This document shows, piece after piece, positions 50,626-63,353 of a stretch of DNA of 64,000 nt. Position 1 is the first letter of the stretch; each line of letters starts with the position of its first letter. Below the pieces are notes generated by a model. That model was not told where the DNA came from and ran no database searches. It worked only from the letters and a program-made list of their open reading frames with translations. The stretch lies in contig NIVC01000380.1 of the NCBI GenBank assembly GCA_002269645.1, forward strand, positions 347,158 through 411,157. Direction: 5' to 3'. Made by a program: the position numbers and the translations under genes. The stretch comes from Macrostomum lignano (lineage: Eukaryota).

Positions 50626-53600
50626 ATGGAAGCAATTTTAGCTCAAATCGACAACCCTGAACTTAGAGCACAATTAATAGCTCAAATCGATGCACAACGA
50701 ATTGCCGATAGGGCTGAAATAGAAGCAAGAATTAGGGCAGAAAATGAGATACGTTTAGAAAGACAATTAAATGATATTAATAACCCCCAACCACAAGGAC
50801 AAAATGGAGCTGAAGTAATATATATAGATATAGATATAAATACAAATTATAAAGAATATTTTAAACAAATGAAAGATAAATTAAAGACTATATTAAACAA
50901 TTATACTATAAGGCCAAATAACAAACGACAGCCAATTAAGTATAAAATAGAAGTTGAAACAGAATTTAAAAAACCAAATATTCTTAATGCAAATTCAGAA
51001 ATTGAAGTAATAAATAACTTTTCACAAGAATCATATAAAACATTATTATCAATGGGAAATTACAACAATCAATTCGATCAAATAGAAGCTGAGTTTGATG
51101 AATGGATAGATAAGATGACAGAAAACGGATCTGGGTTTATATTTGTATCTTGTAATTCAGCAATAGTAAAGATTGCACCTATAGAAATTCTTAAAGGACG
51201 ATCACATATGAAGCTCAAATTTAAATCACCTATGATTATAAATCCAGACAATAAAGATAATAAATGTTTATTATGGTGTTTATTAATTCATAAATATCAC
51301 AATCAAGTAGAATCACACATTAATAAAATATATAATTATAGACAATATGAGGATGAAATAATAATGAAAAACATATCATACCCAGTAGCAATAGATGATA
51401 TATATAAGATTGAAAAAATGAATGGTTTAAATATTAATGTTTTTACAATTGAAGAACCAGAAGATCTAGAAGAAATTCAGCAGGTCGATCCAGAATGGTA
51501 TAAGAAAAGGTGTTATCTTGTTAAGCCAGCAACTGATATAACAGCACCAGATCAAATCGATCTTTTGTACATGCAGCGCGAAAATGAAACACATTATATA
51601 TACATAAAAGATATTAGTTCTTTTTTAAGAGAAAATAGAAATAGATATCCACTATGTAGAAATTGTTTTACATTTAAAAAGGATGAAACAGCTCTTAAAA
51701 ACCACCAACGATTTTGTTTAGATCACAAATTTACTAATGCTATAATGCCAGCATCTTCAGATGCAACCCTAAAGTTCCAACAACATTATATGGCAGTTAA
51801 AAAACCAATAGTAATATATGCTGATTTTGAAGCAACAAATGTTCCCTTAAAAGAATCACAGACGGCATCTGATGACGGTCATGCAAAGCATGCGACCCTA
51901 CGGGACGGTGAATGCACAAAAAAATTAGCACAACAGTTTCCTAATAGTTATTGTTATATGTACACTCCGTAGCTGATCATATATTTAAATCAAGGATGAT
52001 TACTTACCACGGTAATGATGCAGCTAAGCACATGGCAGAATCATTAGTAAATGTATTTGAATATATTCAAAATCAATATGATAAATTATCAAAAAATATT
52101 AATATGACAAATAAGGATAGAGACAATTATAAAAATGCAACAAATTGTTTTATGTGCAAAAGATATTTAAGTAAGAAAAATAAGATACGAGAACATTGTC
52201 ATCTAACGGAAATATCGAGGGGCAGCATGTAGATCATGTAATGCAAAAGAAGGAAAAGGATGTAAGGAAATACCAGTATTTTTTCATAATGGTTCCGGAT
52301 ATGATTTTCATTTCTTAGTTCGAGAATTGCTTCATTTAGGAAAGGATGAATATGAAATAAATATATTACCTAAAACATCAGAAAATTACATATCAATAAC
52401 ATATGGTAAGAAATACTCCCATCTAGTTTTTCTAGATTCCTTGAGATTCTTATCAACATCTTTAGCAAATGTTGTTTCATCATTAGTTCCAAAACCATGG
52501 GATTTAGAAATAGTAAAGAAAAACTTTCCAATACTATTGAATCGTTTCAAAAAGGAAAAACTATCCGAGGAAGAACTAATGCTATTAACTCGTAAGGGCA
52601 TCTACCCATATGAATATGTAACATCTGAAGACGTATTTTTTCATACCGAATTACCCCCAATTGAAAAGTTTTATTCAACATTATCACAAACAAACATAAG
52701 TGAATCGGATTATGAACACGCTCAAAAAGTATGGAAATACTTTAATTGTAAAACATTTAAAGATTATCATAATCTATATCTTAAAGCAGATGTTCTCCTA
52801 TTAGCTGATGCATTTGAAAACTTTAGGAATCATACATATGAGAATTTTAAAATTGATCCCGCATATTGTTTCAGTGCACCGGGATTAACATGGGCTTGTG
52901 GTTTGAAACATACAGATGTTAAGATTGATTTACTAACTGATCATGATATGTTGTTAATGATTGAGAGAGGAATTCGCGGCGGATTCTCGGGTGTACTAGG
53001 AGATAGATATACTAAAGTAAATAATAAATATCTACCAAATTATAATAAAAAAGAAAAATCATCATATGTATTATATCTAGATGCAAACAATTTATACGGT
53101 GGTTGTATGAAACAAAAATTACCAATAGCTGATTTCCAATGGGAAGATGACCCCGATTATTACAAAAATATTCCCGAAGGAAGGGGCTGTATTGTAGAGG
53201 TGGATTTGCAATATACTCGGGAAGCAAAAGCAAAAACATATAAATATCCTTTAGCTCCAGAGCATTGTTCAGTTAATGAAGATGATTTATCACAAACACA
53301 AAAAGATTATCTTAAAGTAGATAATGCAAAACATCTAGCAACAAAAAAATTAATATTAAATTTACATGATAAGAAAAACTATGTAGTGCATTATAAGCTT
53401 CTACAATTTTATGAAAAGCAGGGATTAAAAGTGTCTAAAGTACATCGAACAATATCGTTTATTGAGGAAGATTGGTTAGCTAAATATATTGACTTTAATT
53501 CAAATCAGAGACAGATGTCAAAAACAAATTTTGAGAAAGATTATTGGAAATTAATGAATAATGCTTTTTATGGAAAAACGGTTGAAAATATTAGAGATAG

Positions 53601-54609
53601 AACCCAATTCCATTTAGAAAAGGATATTGATAAAGCAAAGAAATATTTCTCAAAACCTAACTTTAAAGACTTTATAAAATTTGATGATAACTTTATGGGT
53701 ATTCATATGAGAAATAAAACAACAAAATTTCTTAAACCAATATTTATTGGAATGGTTGTTTTAGATTATGCAAAGCTGGTAATGTATGAATATTATTATG
53801 ATGTTATAAATAAAACATGGCCAGATAACTATCCAATATATGCAGACACCGACAGTTTGGTATTTAAGGTTGAAACAGAGGATCGGGCAAAGCCCGCGAA
53901 CCAAAGGTTCGATGTCTATAAAGATATGGAAAAAATTAAGGATACATTGGACACATCAGACTATCCGGATAACCATCCTTTAAAATCAGATCAAAATAAA
54001 AAAGTTGTACTTAAAATGAAAGATGAATTAAATAGCAAAATCATAACCGAGTTTATAGCAATAAGATCAAAATGCTATGCATTTAAGGTTTTAGGACAGG
54101 AGGGAGAGGTAAAAAAAATAAAAGGGGTATCAAGAGCAGCAGTAAAAAAGATAACATTTGATGATTATAAAAACGTACTTTTAGATTACCTTAATACAAT
54201 TGAAAATTATCATGCTCCACAATATCGATTAAATTCAGATAAGCATCAGATGTTTGTCATCGAGACAGATAAAAAAACATTAAGTCCATTTGATGATAAA
54301 AGATATTTAGATGATAAAATTAAAACATATCCATATGGTTTAAAAGAAGAGATAAAAAATATGATAAAAGATAAAAAACAAAAAGAAGATATAATAAGTA
54401 AATATAATGAATACAAAGCGGCAATAAATAATTATTATTACGATTGTGATTGTGAATCCGAATGTGATTGTGAATATAATACATTTCTAGAATATGAAAA
54501 AGATATAGATAATTATTATTCAACATTTCCAAAAGAACTTAAAAAATTAAATAAGGAAAAAGTCTTGAATAACTGGAAGAGATTAACAGAAAAATTACTT
54601 ATCGGATAA
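50626..54609 (+). CDS. polB: Protein-primed family B DNA polymerase with N-terminal extension, zinc finger and endoVII-like insert; two frameshifts (~51960, ~52210)
   Basis: IYADFE (ExoI), HNGSGYD (ExoII), LDSLRFL, YLDANNLYG, KLMNNAFYGKT, YADTDS; CFMC...REHCHLT..YRGAAC..CN. Confidence 0.95.
53884..53911. other. GC-rich double-hairpin element (type example), in-frame insert in polB
   Basis: CGGGC-AAA-GCCCG directly followed by CGAACC-AAA-GGTTCG; relatives at 51880, 54603, 60301, 60757 and 63909. Confidence 0.85.
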
Positions 54610-54974
54610 AATCCGCGACCCTTCGGGCGGAAAAAAACTAAAGCATGTAATTGTTTAAGCATAATATCCATTTCGATTTCATATAATATTGAAGGCCAAT
54701 TTTCCTCGCAGTCGTCAGGGTAACTTAAACAATCCTTTATTTTTTTCCTAAGTTTTTTTATTTTTCTAACCAATCTATCTATTTCAATTTCAATTACTAT
54801 TTCAGCATAAACAATATCTTGTCTTAAAAAACGTTTTCTTTTATCTATCTCATATCGGATGGGAAACATATCGTCCCCATACTCATGATATTTCTGAGAT
54901 ATAATTATATTTATTTTTTTATTAATATCATTAAGTTCACGCTCTTTAGTGATAAGGATTTTTATCGTATCCAT
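54516..54974 (-). CDS. Hypothetical viral protein (coiled, charged)
   Basis: 152-aa ORF with AAAATG start; converges on the polB end. Confidence 0.55.
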   Translation of the reverse strand: MDTIKILITKERELNDINKKINIIISQKYHEYGDDMFPIRYEIDKRKRFLRQDIVYAEIVIEIEIDRLVRKIKKLRKKIKDCLSYPDDCEENWPSILYEIEMDIMLKQLHALVFFRPKGRGFYPISNFSVNLFQLFKTFSLFNFLSSFGNVE

Positions 54975-54989
54975 TTTCTTATAAAAAAT

Positions 54990-55322
54990 TTAGTCTTCGT
55001 CGTCATCCTCCCAAACAGCCGCCAATTTTACAGTCCTATCACTCTTTTTATTATTTGTTTGTTTTAGTTTAAATTGCAATCCACCCTCGTTGCAGTATTT
55101 CATAACAAACGCTTTAGGTTTATTAATAACTAAAACAGGAAAATTTTTAACATCATCTCCGCTTAGACATAAAATTTTTTGCCCATCTAATTGTAAAAAT
55201 ATTGATTGAAGCCCAATAAATTTAACCTGTCTCAAACATATAATATTATATTCTTTATTCTCCAACATATTGGGTGTGAGATAATTAATCACATTAGAAT
55301 CGGTTTTGAACCAGCTCTCCAT
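54990..55322 (-). CDS. Hypothetical viral protein, 110 aa, acidic tail
   Basis: TTAAAAATG start; tight gene packing. Confidence 0.6.
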   Translation of the reverse strand: MESWFKTDSNVINYLTPNMLENKEYNIICLRQVKFIGLQSIFLQLDGQKILCLSGDDVKNFPVLVINKPKAFVMKYCNEGGLQFKLKQTNNKKSDRTVKLAAVWEDDDED

Positions 55323-55348
55323 TTTTAATCTAAAAAAATAACAAAAAA

Positions 55349-55861
55349 ATGAAAGACATTTATGTTTGTAATAAATGTAATGTGACTATGCACAGAGGGC
55401 AAACAGCAAACGGAGATATATATCATATGTGTTATTCATGTTCTAAAATATATCAATTTGAAAAAACAAAAAAGATTGAAAACTCATATTACTATTTTAA
55501 AAATACAATTTTAAGAAATCTTACAAGAGACATTTCTGATCCAATTTTAATTCCCGGAAATAATGTTTATTTATATAATAACTTTTTCCATTTAAATAAA
55601 GGAAAGGGATTAAGTTCGAAAGACTCCGAAAGGATTTTAATTTTAGTTGGATATTATTTCAATTTTCTTATTCGAGAGAATACAAAGTTTATAAGGATAG
55701 GTAACATACCTAACGAAATGTTATTGAAAAAGTCATTGGAATTTTTATGTATTGATAAAAAATTTAAACCTAGAATCAGAAGAGAGTTACCACTTTGGGA
55801 AGAATATATAACATATGCATTAGAAAAACTAAACAACCTGAAGTTCTACAGTACTTCCTGA
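55349..55861 (+). CDS. Hypothetical protein with N-terminal zinc ribbon (CNKC...CYSC)
   Basis: ORF track; AAAAAATG start. Confidence 0.65.
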   Translation: MKDIYVCNKCNVTMHRGQTANGDIYHMCYSCSKIYQFEKTKKIENSYYYFKNTILRNLTRDISDPILIPGNNVYLYNNFFHLNKGKGLSSKDSERILILVGYYFNFLIRENTKFIRIGNIPNEMLLKKSLEFLCIDKKFKPRIRRELPLWEEYITYALEKLNNLKFYSTS

Positions 55862-56484
55862 CCGCGGGCTTTGTGCCCCAGTAGCAATAGTTTCAGGTTC
55901 GTAAATGCCTAATGTTTCTATAGGTGGAGCTTTGGGTTTATCGAGTCTCAACTCTTTTAATTCCATATCGGTAAAAGTTTCAACATCTAAAATTCTATTT
56001 CTATCTTTTAAATATTTTTCATATAATTCAACCGCGGTTGATAATTCATGAATCGTTATCTCTCCGTCATCCAATATTTTTTGCACATATAAATATAATT
56101 GATTTTTATATTGCTTGCAACATCTCTTAAAGATTTATATTTTTCCTTTCTTTTTTTAAGATATAATTTAATTGCTAAAAGTATTGATAAGTTCCTGATC
56201 AATTCAAAACCTGATATTGAGCCAATTGAAATACCTAAAAATAATTGAGATAAATTAAGAGTTGGAATAGATTGTAAAATACCTAAAACGATTACACATA
56301 ACATTGATAAGCTTCCAAATCCAATATTGAAAAAGTCCATATTTCTTATATGGTTTGAAACTCTTCTTACTTTTTTAGCATATAAATCATAATCATAGTT
56401 AATACGATCAACATTACTTAACATCTGACCTTTACGTTGGTTGAACCGGTCGCGTTCCCATTTATCTGCTTCAGATACCGACAT
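55829..56484 (-). CDS. Two-transmembrane viral protein, one frameshift near 56085
   Basis: Two hydrophobic helices, then KKRKEKY...KILDDGEITIHE; resembles a small ORF I recall as common in Mavericks. Confidence 0.6.
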
Positions 56485-56797
56485 TCTCGTCTATTTTTAA
56501 TAGCACCAAAATGAATTCCCCACGCTCTTTGGGGATTTGCCCGGAGCTTAATAGGTATTGTATTGGAGTTATTCTTTCTTTTTTCTCCCATTTAAATCCT
56601 ATTTTCCAAAACTCTTGAAGTATAATATGATTTTTTAATAACTTAATTAATTCTTGAAGCTTCTTATTATCCTGAACATTTACAGTACTAAATAAAAATT
56701 TGGTATGAGATTTGAATGTTTTTATATTTGATTCTTGTTTAGGAATAGGAATATAGACATTATTTTGCCGAATCGATGGAGTTCTACTAAAAGCCAT
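56471..56797 (-). CDS. Hypothetical viral protein, ~108 aa (MAFSRTPSIRQ...)
   Basis: TATAAAATG start at 56797. Confidence 0.55.
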   Translation of the reverse strand: MAFSRTPSIRQNNVYIPIPKQESNIKTFKSHTKFLFSTVNVQDNKKLQELIKLLKNHIILQEFWKIGFKWEKKERITPIQYLLSSGQIPKERGEFILVLLKIDENVGI

Positions 56798-56813
56798 TTT
56801 ATATAGAAATATT

Positions 56814-58859
56814 TTATATTTGAGTAGGAGGTTTTTCCAAATAACCAGTAGATGGAAAAACATAACCAAAAGATGTGCTACCACAAACGGCTGCGCCACG
56901 AATAAAATGTGCAGCATCCGATCCTCCAGTTCGAGCACCAAAACCCATAAGAGTTCCACTTTTATCCAAAGTTCCCCAAGTTCCACTATCATATGTGAAA
57001 ACGTTCTGCCCCAATGAGGGTATAAGAATCACCAGCAACATTGTATGTATGAATTCTATACCAAACCCTTTGATTTAAAATATTAATTTCAAACAGATGC
57101 CAATCACCGTTATCAATATTTGCATAGGCTACAGTTTGATCCGCGTCAGTATTAACATCCGCGCGGCTTGATCCGTCTGATTTTTTTGAACTCCAAAGTA
57201 GGCCAAATTTATCATGCCACTCACTAGCAAAAACTATCAATCCGGCGTCGGTTGATAATCCAGATCCAAATTCCGATGTTGGACGTTGGTGACAGTATGC
57301 ATAAAACCAAACCGCATCTGCACCATCTCCTGTAGCATTAGCAACTCGGAAAAAGAAAGACGCAGATATATTTTGAAAATGTGTGAAATTGAATTGTAAA
57401 GCACCACTTACTCCAGAAGTTTCACGAGTAATTCTAGCGCCGTTTTGATAATCGATATAAGAAGCGTCACCAATTAAAGAACCGACTGGATATATATCTC
57501 CGGCGGTTGTTGGATTTTGATATCCAGACCAATTACAAATTACTGGTTCGAACAAGGCCGCATCAATAGCAGGTATTCCATCCAATTTATTTTTATCGCT
57601 TCCAGACATTCTACCATTTGATGTTGGAGTAGCTAGCTGATCTACGTACGCTCGCGGAACTGCAGAAAGTATTTGAGTTGGCCAATTAAGATCTTGAATT
57701 TCAACACGGTGTTCAAATAATTGTATTTGACGAACCTCGATAGGTTGTGTACCGGTACCACCAGTTGGGAAGAATACGCTATAATATTTCCAAAAATTAG
57801 TCGTTAAATTAGATAGAGCAAATGATGTTGCTTGAACTGGTGATCCCGACGTAGTTAATGTCGTCCATGAATCGGTAGCAACATTTTTTGCGCGAACCGA
57901 CCACCCGAGGGTATCTCAATTGTTTCACTGCCTGTAATTCTTAATTCAAATATTCTTCTATTATAACCTAAAAATTCAAATTGAATTTCCATATTGGTTG
58001 TGGTTCCGGTATTTGGTGACCATTGTGTCGCAAGGCTTCCATCTCCAACTCGAAAAGCTGTGTTGCCATTTTCAGATGCTGTAAGAACAACATCAGGATT
58101 TGAAGTATTTGATGTAAGCGGCGTGGTAAAAATATCGGCGTCGGTTGCATTAGCTCGCTCGTTTACTTGGCCTAGAGTTATCGAGTCTGCGTTATCTGTT
58201 CCAAATAATAAATTTGTTAATTTAAAATTATTCATATTAATATTACCACTACGAGTGGCAACTTGATTATCGACATAGTTCTTATCAACCACTGAATCAC
58301 TAGTTGTAATTGAAACATTTATAATTCGGTTGTTGCTCATATCTAGGTTTCCGGTTGCGGTGGTTTGAACATAACGTGAATCAGAATCAGTTCGAGAATA
58401 AGAATCAGTTACATCTCTTTTTAAATTTAATCCATTATCAACTTCGGTTTTGGTATAAGAATCGGCTACGTTCCGTTTCAAATTTAATGAATTATCAACT
58501 TCGGTTTTGTTATAAGAATCAGTTATATCTCTTTTTAAATTTAATGAATTATCAACCTCTGTTTTGGTATAAGAATCGGCTGTATTGCGTTTTAAATTTA
58601 ATGAATTATCAACTTCGGTTTTGGTATAGGAATCGGCTACGTTCCGTTTCAGATTTAGTGAATCATCTATTTGAGTTTTGGTATAGGAATCTGCAACATT
58701 TCTTTTTAAATTTAATTTATTATCAATTTCAGTTTTTTTATAACCTTCATCCTCATTAATATATCGATTATCTCCAAATGTAACACTTATTCCACCAGAT
58801 GTGCCACCACCACCACTACTTGTTGTTCCGTTCCATGAGGGTGTTCCAGAAAATAACAT
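56814..58859 (-). CDS. Fibre-like protein: 19-aa repeats, stalk motifs, F5/8C (discoidin)-like domain, L-type-lectin-like tip; frameshifts ~57920 and ~57050
   Basis: 6x YTKTEVDNSLNLKRNVADS; GNINMNNFKLTNL...DSITLGQV; NGRMSGSDKNKLDGI; GADAVWF...GFGARTGG...HFI. Confidence 0.75.
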
Positions 58860-58908
58860 TTTTTACTGTCTATTTTATAGAGTCTAAATCGCCCTAAAGT
58901 CTTCGGGT

Positions 58909-59307
58909 TTACACGAGCTTCATTCGAAAGTCGATATAAAAATACAACGCAGCCTGCCCGCAATAACTTTTATCAAAGGTTTGAAATTGTTCGTGATGAT
59001 CTCCACATAAACGATTTTTAGTATGATTAAATTTGTCTTTTATTTCCTGTAACGGAGGAAGCGCGTATGAATCAAAAAAATAAACAAGTTTAGGTTTGGA
59101 ATAAACTGCCGACCAATGAACACCATTTTCTTTTGTTGTTTCAATATTAACAATGAAAGATCCATATTGTGGTAAGTCTTTGATCTCATCTCGCATAACA
59201 CATCTGAATGGTTTTATTTTTAACTGCCTCGCCCAATTTGTTAATTCGATATTGCTTGTTGTGTCCGTTCCATATCTTTGTTTAAAATCATCCCACGTCA
59301 TGGTCAT
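58909..59307 (-). CDS. Adenain-like maturation cysteine protease
   Basis: TTSNIEL, GVHW (His), FFDSY (Asp), QFQ....YCG (Gln, Cys). Confidence 0.9.
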   Translation of the reverse strand: MTMTWDDFKQRYGTDTTSNIELTNWARQLKIKPFRCVMRDEIKDLPQYGSFIVNIETTKENGVHWSAVYSKPKLVYFFDSYALPPLQEIKDKFNHTKNRLCGDHHEQFQTFDKSYCGQAALYFYIDFRMKLV

Positions 59308-59499
59308 TTTATGTTCTGAAAAACTCTTGGTTTTAGTTAGTTTCGTAGGTGTGGGTTTTAACAATTCCTTTCTTATTTTATCAGCTTGTAACTGCTTAAT
59401 TTTGCTAGTTCTAGTTCGTAATTATCTTCAGCTTTTTTAACTTTTTCTGATTGTTTTTTTATTAAATTATTATTATTATTATTACCCATTTTTACTATA

Positions 59500-60285
59500 G
59501 GATTAACCTGTTTTATACGTAAAATTATTGTTATTGACTGCCCACCAAAACTTATTAATCTATCGCTTTCATCTACAATCCTAATATAAATTGATTGAAC
59601 ATATATTGATTTAATGGGTAATATATTGGGGTTTGGGTGAACAATCATTTTCTCTCCAATTGGAACAGCAAGAAATGGGATTGAATAAATAATTCCACGT
59701 TGAACCAAAACTCCATTATTATCTGTTATATAACCGCCGTTTGATATGTCGGTTGTTATATTAATTGTATTGACTCCCCCTCAATGTTTCCCACGTATCA
59801 CCGGTGCTTGATGTGGTAACTATTCGGGAATTAAATCCAAGTATGGTTCTGAGTGAATTTGCAATTGTGAAATCAACCTGATATCCGGATCCTAGTGATA
59901 GTGTGAATCTGCCAGACGGTAAATCAACACCTATAACAATTGCTCCTGCTACCCAATCACCATTAGTTGTTGTTAATTCTCCTTCTATATAAGCATTCAA
60001 ATCAGTATAGCTATACGCTCCTGGGTTAACGCTAAATGTTGTCCAATTGGCTCCGGAATCTTTAGAATATCTAAATTGATTATTTGTTGCATTAATTAAT
60101 TGAGGCATGTTGAAAACCGAAAATAGAATTAAACCTATTTGATAACTTAGGCTTTGATCAAGTTGTAATGGATCGCGCAATTGAATCCGTTGCTCGCTGG
60201 TTGTCATTATAAACTGTAATGTTGTACTAAATTTTGAATTAGTTCGATCTACCAATTGTTTTATAGTATTTAAATTTGTAGTCAT
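59500..60285 (-). CDS. Minor capsid protein (penton, single jelly roll); frameshift near 59785
   Basis: INATNNQFRY, PGAYSYTDLN, LRTILGF, VNTINITTDI, IRIVDESDRLISFGGQSITIILRIKQV. Confidence 0.85.
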
Positions 60286-60334
60286 TTTTTAGTGGGAAAT
60301 CGAACTTTGTTCGCGGACTCCGTCGATCGTGCTA

Positions 60335-61130
60335 TGTCTCTTCTTCCTCATTATCTTCTTTTATCAATTTGTTAAAATTCTATGTTTCCTTTTTCTAACC
60401 TCGGATTGATATAAATATGTTTGTATTGGCTATCATCCCAAATTTTTTTACACATACTTTTAAATGGTTTTGCATCCAATCCGGGATTAAATCTAGCGTG
60501 TATATTTTGTAAATCATAATTATCTAAATCAAACATTACACAACAGCTAGCATTCTTTTTTATAATCGATTCTAATTCTCTAAAGGATTGAGTAAGATAA
60601 AAAGCTCCAATTCCATCTCCTCTACCACTAACAAAAATTTCCTTTTGTAATTCTTGATCACCGTCATTAATACAATCAAAAATAATTAGTGTTTTATCAT
60701 GTTTTGGAATTTGATCATAGGCTAATCGGGTTGATACTCTAACAGTTGGGGGCGATCGGACGAAGTCCGCGACCCTTCGGGCGATTCGGTGATGTTTTCT
60801 GGCTGTTGTGCCATTGTTTTACATAAATCCTCAATGTCTGCTAGATTAAATCGCGGTTCGTCATCATCCTCATATTGCTCATATGCTCTTAACATTCTAA
60901 ACAAGACATCTTTTTTAATTTGTTTTTTAATCCATGTTTAAGAAATTCATAATATTTTATTCTAGGTTTATTAGTATAAATTATTAAATTATTATAGTCT
61001 AACATTCCATCTGTTGTTAATAATCGTAAACAAAGTGTGTTTTTCCTTTACCTGATCCTCCGATTACTAAACAAAGAAAGGATCATTTGGAAATATTTTA
61101 TTGTGTTTTGCTTTACCATTTTTAAAGAAA
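60335..61130 (-). CDS. A32/FtsK-like packaging ATPase, multiply frameshifted
   Basis: Walker A IGGSGKGKT (~61040-61070); Walker B TLIIFD; SGRG...FYLTQSF. Confidence 0.85.
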
Positions 61131-61214
61131 TAATTTAAATAGGCGCGACGGTCGGAGACCTGCACTCATTTTACAGGCGCGTCGAACAATCGTGCCATCA
61201 GCTTTAGCAATTGA

Positions 61215-62632
61215 CATATATTCCTCTAGAAACAATACGTGGCGTCATGCCTGATTACCGTTTTATTAATCTCTAACATATAATTAAGTCCAATATTGGC
61301 TACGTTTTCTTTCTGTGCGTTAGATCATAAACAACCACTGGATGAATGTTTAGAAACTCTGTGGGTGTGTACTGAGGGACGCATACGCTTCATTTTTAGC
61401 ATAATCTTGATAATATTTTATAAAATCATTAACATTATTATTTGCTATATTTAAATTTAGGGGTCTTTAACCGGATAATATTGATCATCACCTGCAGGCG
61501 GATATTCTGAACATTAAACTCGTTAATAGCTGCAGCCGCATTGTCTGTTGCGGTGGCTGCTTGTTCTGCTATGGCACCCGGATTGAAGCCAATATAAATC
61601 CCCATTTGCTCTTTTACTCCTTCTATTTGTTATCTTAAACCAAACAAAAATATATCTCACCCGACGTTTTGATGTCAGTATTTGCCACTGGAATGAATCC
61701 TGGTTATTATTAATGGTTCGCATAAAATGTCGACGATTCAAATAAAATATTTCCTGATCATGCGTTAACTGATTATCGATGTGTTTTAAAAGTGGGGCTG
61801 TTACCTCAATAGTTGGTACGACTAATTGAATTGAATCTATACGAACTGCTATATCGGTTGAAATTGAGGTTCCATAAAGTATCCTAGGCTGATATCCACC
61901 AGATATTTGCAACTGTATCCCAAATTTTAATCCTTTCCATACCCGATTTGGTGAAAGAACCCAAATAGTGGAAAGATTGAAAAGTCCTGCTCATATGCTG
62001 TTGCTGTGGTTAAAACCGCGACTGGGAATTTATTCTGACGATCTATAAAACCAGTATTAATATCTTTTGTATTAGTCATAGTGGTTACAACTGGAACTAT
62101 GTTTGTATTAAGGTAAACAATTAGCGCTGCAGTATCTGCACCGGCTGCGTTTTGTACATTAGGGAAAACTACTGCTTGACCGTTACCTTTATCCGGCATC
62201 CACCCAACATTATCACCAACTTGTTTTGATAAATAAGTATAATTTAAATGTTTCAAAACTCCATTAATCTCTGCGGGGTTTGATGATGTCTCAACCTCAG
62301 CACCATTAACAGTTAGTTGAGCTTGGGAAAAACATTTATAAAACCAATCATTTTCTATTATTATTCCGGATCGATCTGCGATATCTCCGGCTGCAAGAGC
62401 AGTTCCATCATTTCTAGTATACAACCATCTAACGCGGAAAAACGCATTTTTCATATCCAATATAGTGTTGGTTGCGCCGATGTCAAAAGTTACCGTTCCA
62501 GTAGTAAAGTTATTTGAATTATCACTTGTTGGTAGGGTATAATTTAAATCTCTTGCTCTGACCTCATTAATATACTGTCGGTGCTTTTTTGAAATGAAAT
62601 TTATCACTCCACATAGTTTTTGTTTCAGCCAT
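61215..62632 (-). CDS. Major capsid protein (double jelly roll), multiply frameshifted
   Basis: FSQAQLTVNGAEVETSSNP, IDSIQLVVPTIE, FQWQILT..RVRYIFVWF, VQNIRLQV..QYYP. Confidence 0.85.
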
Positions 62633-62666
62633 TTTTTTAAGTTAAAAAAGTTTTTTATGTTAAAAA

Positions 62667-63330
62667 ATGAGTCAATTTATGGACGTTGATGGAGAGTTAG
62701 CGATTTATAAAGAGAAGCAAAGATATTCTGATTTTGTTAGAAATTTACAAAAAAGAAAGTTAGGAATACAATTAGCGGGTGAAAGATTTGCTGCTCCTTT
62801 TGTTAATCCTATTACTGGGAAAATTAGTGAACTAGAAAAAACAGATAAAGATCTTCTGGAAAAAATTGCTAAAATACTGAGCCAAAAGAGGATGAAATTT
62901 TGGATGAGCCGCCTGCTTATGATGTTGATCAAGCTCAATTGAGATTGCAGAGATTAGACGTGCAGAGCGGGGCGATCGGAACAATATCCAAGAGTACCAG
63001 CTAGTATTGCTGCGACAGATTTAGGTAATAATAATTATCGAATTGGTGGAGTTGATAAAAATCGAAATGAACTATATAGAGAATTGGGTGGAGCATATAA
63101 TATTGTTATAACCCTAGGGTAAAATTTAACCCTGATTTATATACTAGGGATGAATTAATAAGTGCTAGAATTTTTTATGATGAGTTAGGAGGAGCTGTTA
63201 AAAATACCAGCTTGTATAAAAGGATTGTTAATTCTATAAATAACAAACCAGCTGTTGGTGATGGATTTAAAACACACGAAAACTTGTTTTAGCTGCTGCG
63301 AAAGCTGCTGGACATACTGGGTTTAATTAA
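62667..63330 (+). CDS. Hypothetical viral protein, frameshifted
   Basis: Starts 34 bp from the MCP ATG, divergently; reading continues in shifted frames. Confidence 0.5.
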
Positions 63331-63353
63331 TTGTTAAATTTATTTTTTATAAA

